DNA of 48,230 nt from an uncultured Dehalococcoidia bacterium (GTDB lineage Bacteria > Chloroflexota > Dehalococcoidia > Lucifugimonadales > UBA3495). Below the pieces are notes generated by a model. The model was given only the letters and a program-made list of their open reading frames with translations. It was not told the DNA's origin and did no database searches. This document shows positions 48,088 to 48,230 of the stretch, in pieces. The position numbers and the translations under genes are program-made. Numbering within the stretch: the first letter of the stretch is position 1; each line of letters starts with the position of its first letter. Where the stretch lies: assembly GCA_950072105.1 (NCBI GenBank), contig CATMOE010000026.1, forward strand, positions 1 to 48,230, written 5' to 3'.

Positions 48088-48230
48088 ATGTTTGCCAAGA
48101 GCTTGATTAGAGATCAGAGAGGAATCACCGGTCTTGAAACGGCCATCGTTCTCATCGCTTTCGTAGTGGTGGCTTCGGTGTTTGCTTTCGCCGTTCTGAG
48201 CACCGGATTGCTCAGCTCGGAAAAGAGCAA
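48088..48230 (+). CDS. arlB: Archaellin (archaeal-type flagellin), 5' part; truncated by the window end
   Basis: Manual translation [47 protein letters not shown]: class III signal peptide plus the archaellin N-terminal helix signature (G.TGL.TAI.LIAFV.VA.VFA..VL..G). AGGA RBS at 48078-48081. Confidence 0.9.
   Translation, partial: MFAKSLIRDQRGITGLETAIVLIAFVVVASVFAFAVLSTGLLSSEKS

Overview
GC-rich bacterial chromosomal region. The gene inventory points to Chloroflexota, probably Dehalococcoidia/SAR202; this is an inference from two fused class III CoA-transferases, an HpcH aldolase, an LLM/F420 oxidoreductase, an MftG-like GMC oxidoreductase, an NHL protein, ComDE and an archaellin. The left end (1-6633) is accessory and decaying. 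It holds an IS end truncating a glycerophosphodiester phosphodiesterase, a plant-like phospholipase D, a 219-bp IS21-type miniature element, and a collagen/LVIVD surface protein broken by a TAA and a G6 frameshift. The middle is mostly catabolic: thiolase-like + DUF35, copper amine oxidase, amidohydrolases, a DUF1800-NHL-DUF1501 operon without export signals, ComDE, and hydantoinase/oxoprolinase AB. It also has gctAB-LLM transcribed divergently from a nicotinate-dehydrogenase-like FSLM molybdenum hydroxylase operon that ends in an atypical cysteine synthase. The right end has a small coiled-coil protein, a nonsense-disrupted FHA-winged-helix regulator, a DUF6504-like/Cro-like pair, and the 5' end of an archaeal-type flagellin (archaellin) that the ORF track missed. 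Best candidates for uncharacterised systems: the archaellin and its upstream genes, the DUF1800-NHL-DUF1501 operon, and the Mo-hydroxylase/CysK-like/CoA-transferase/LLM cluster. No rRNA, tRNA or CRISPR array was recognised. All family calls come from motif recognition; no database searches were run.
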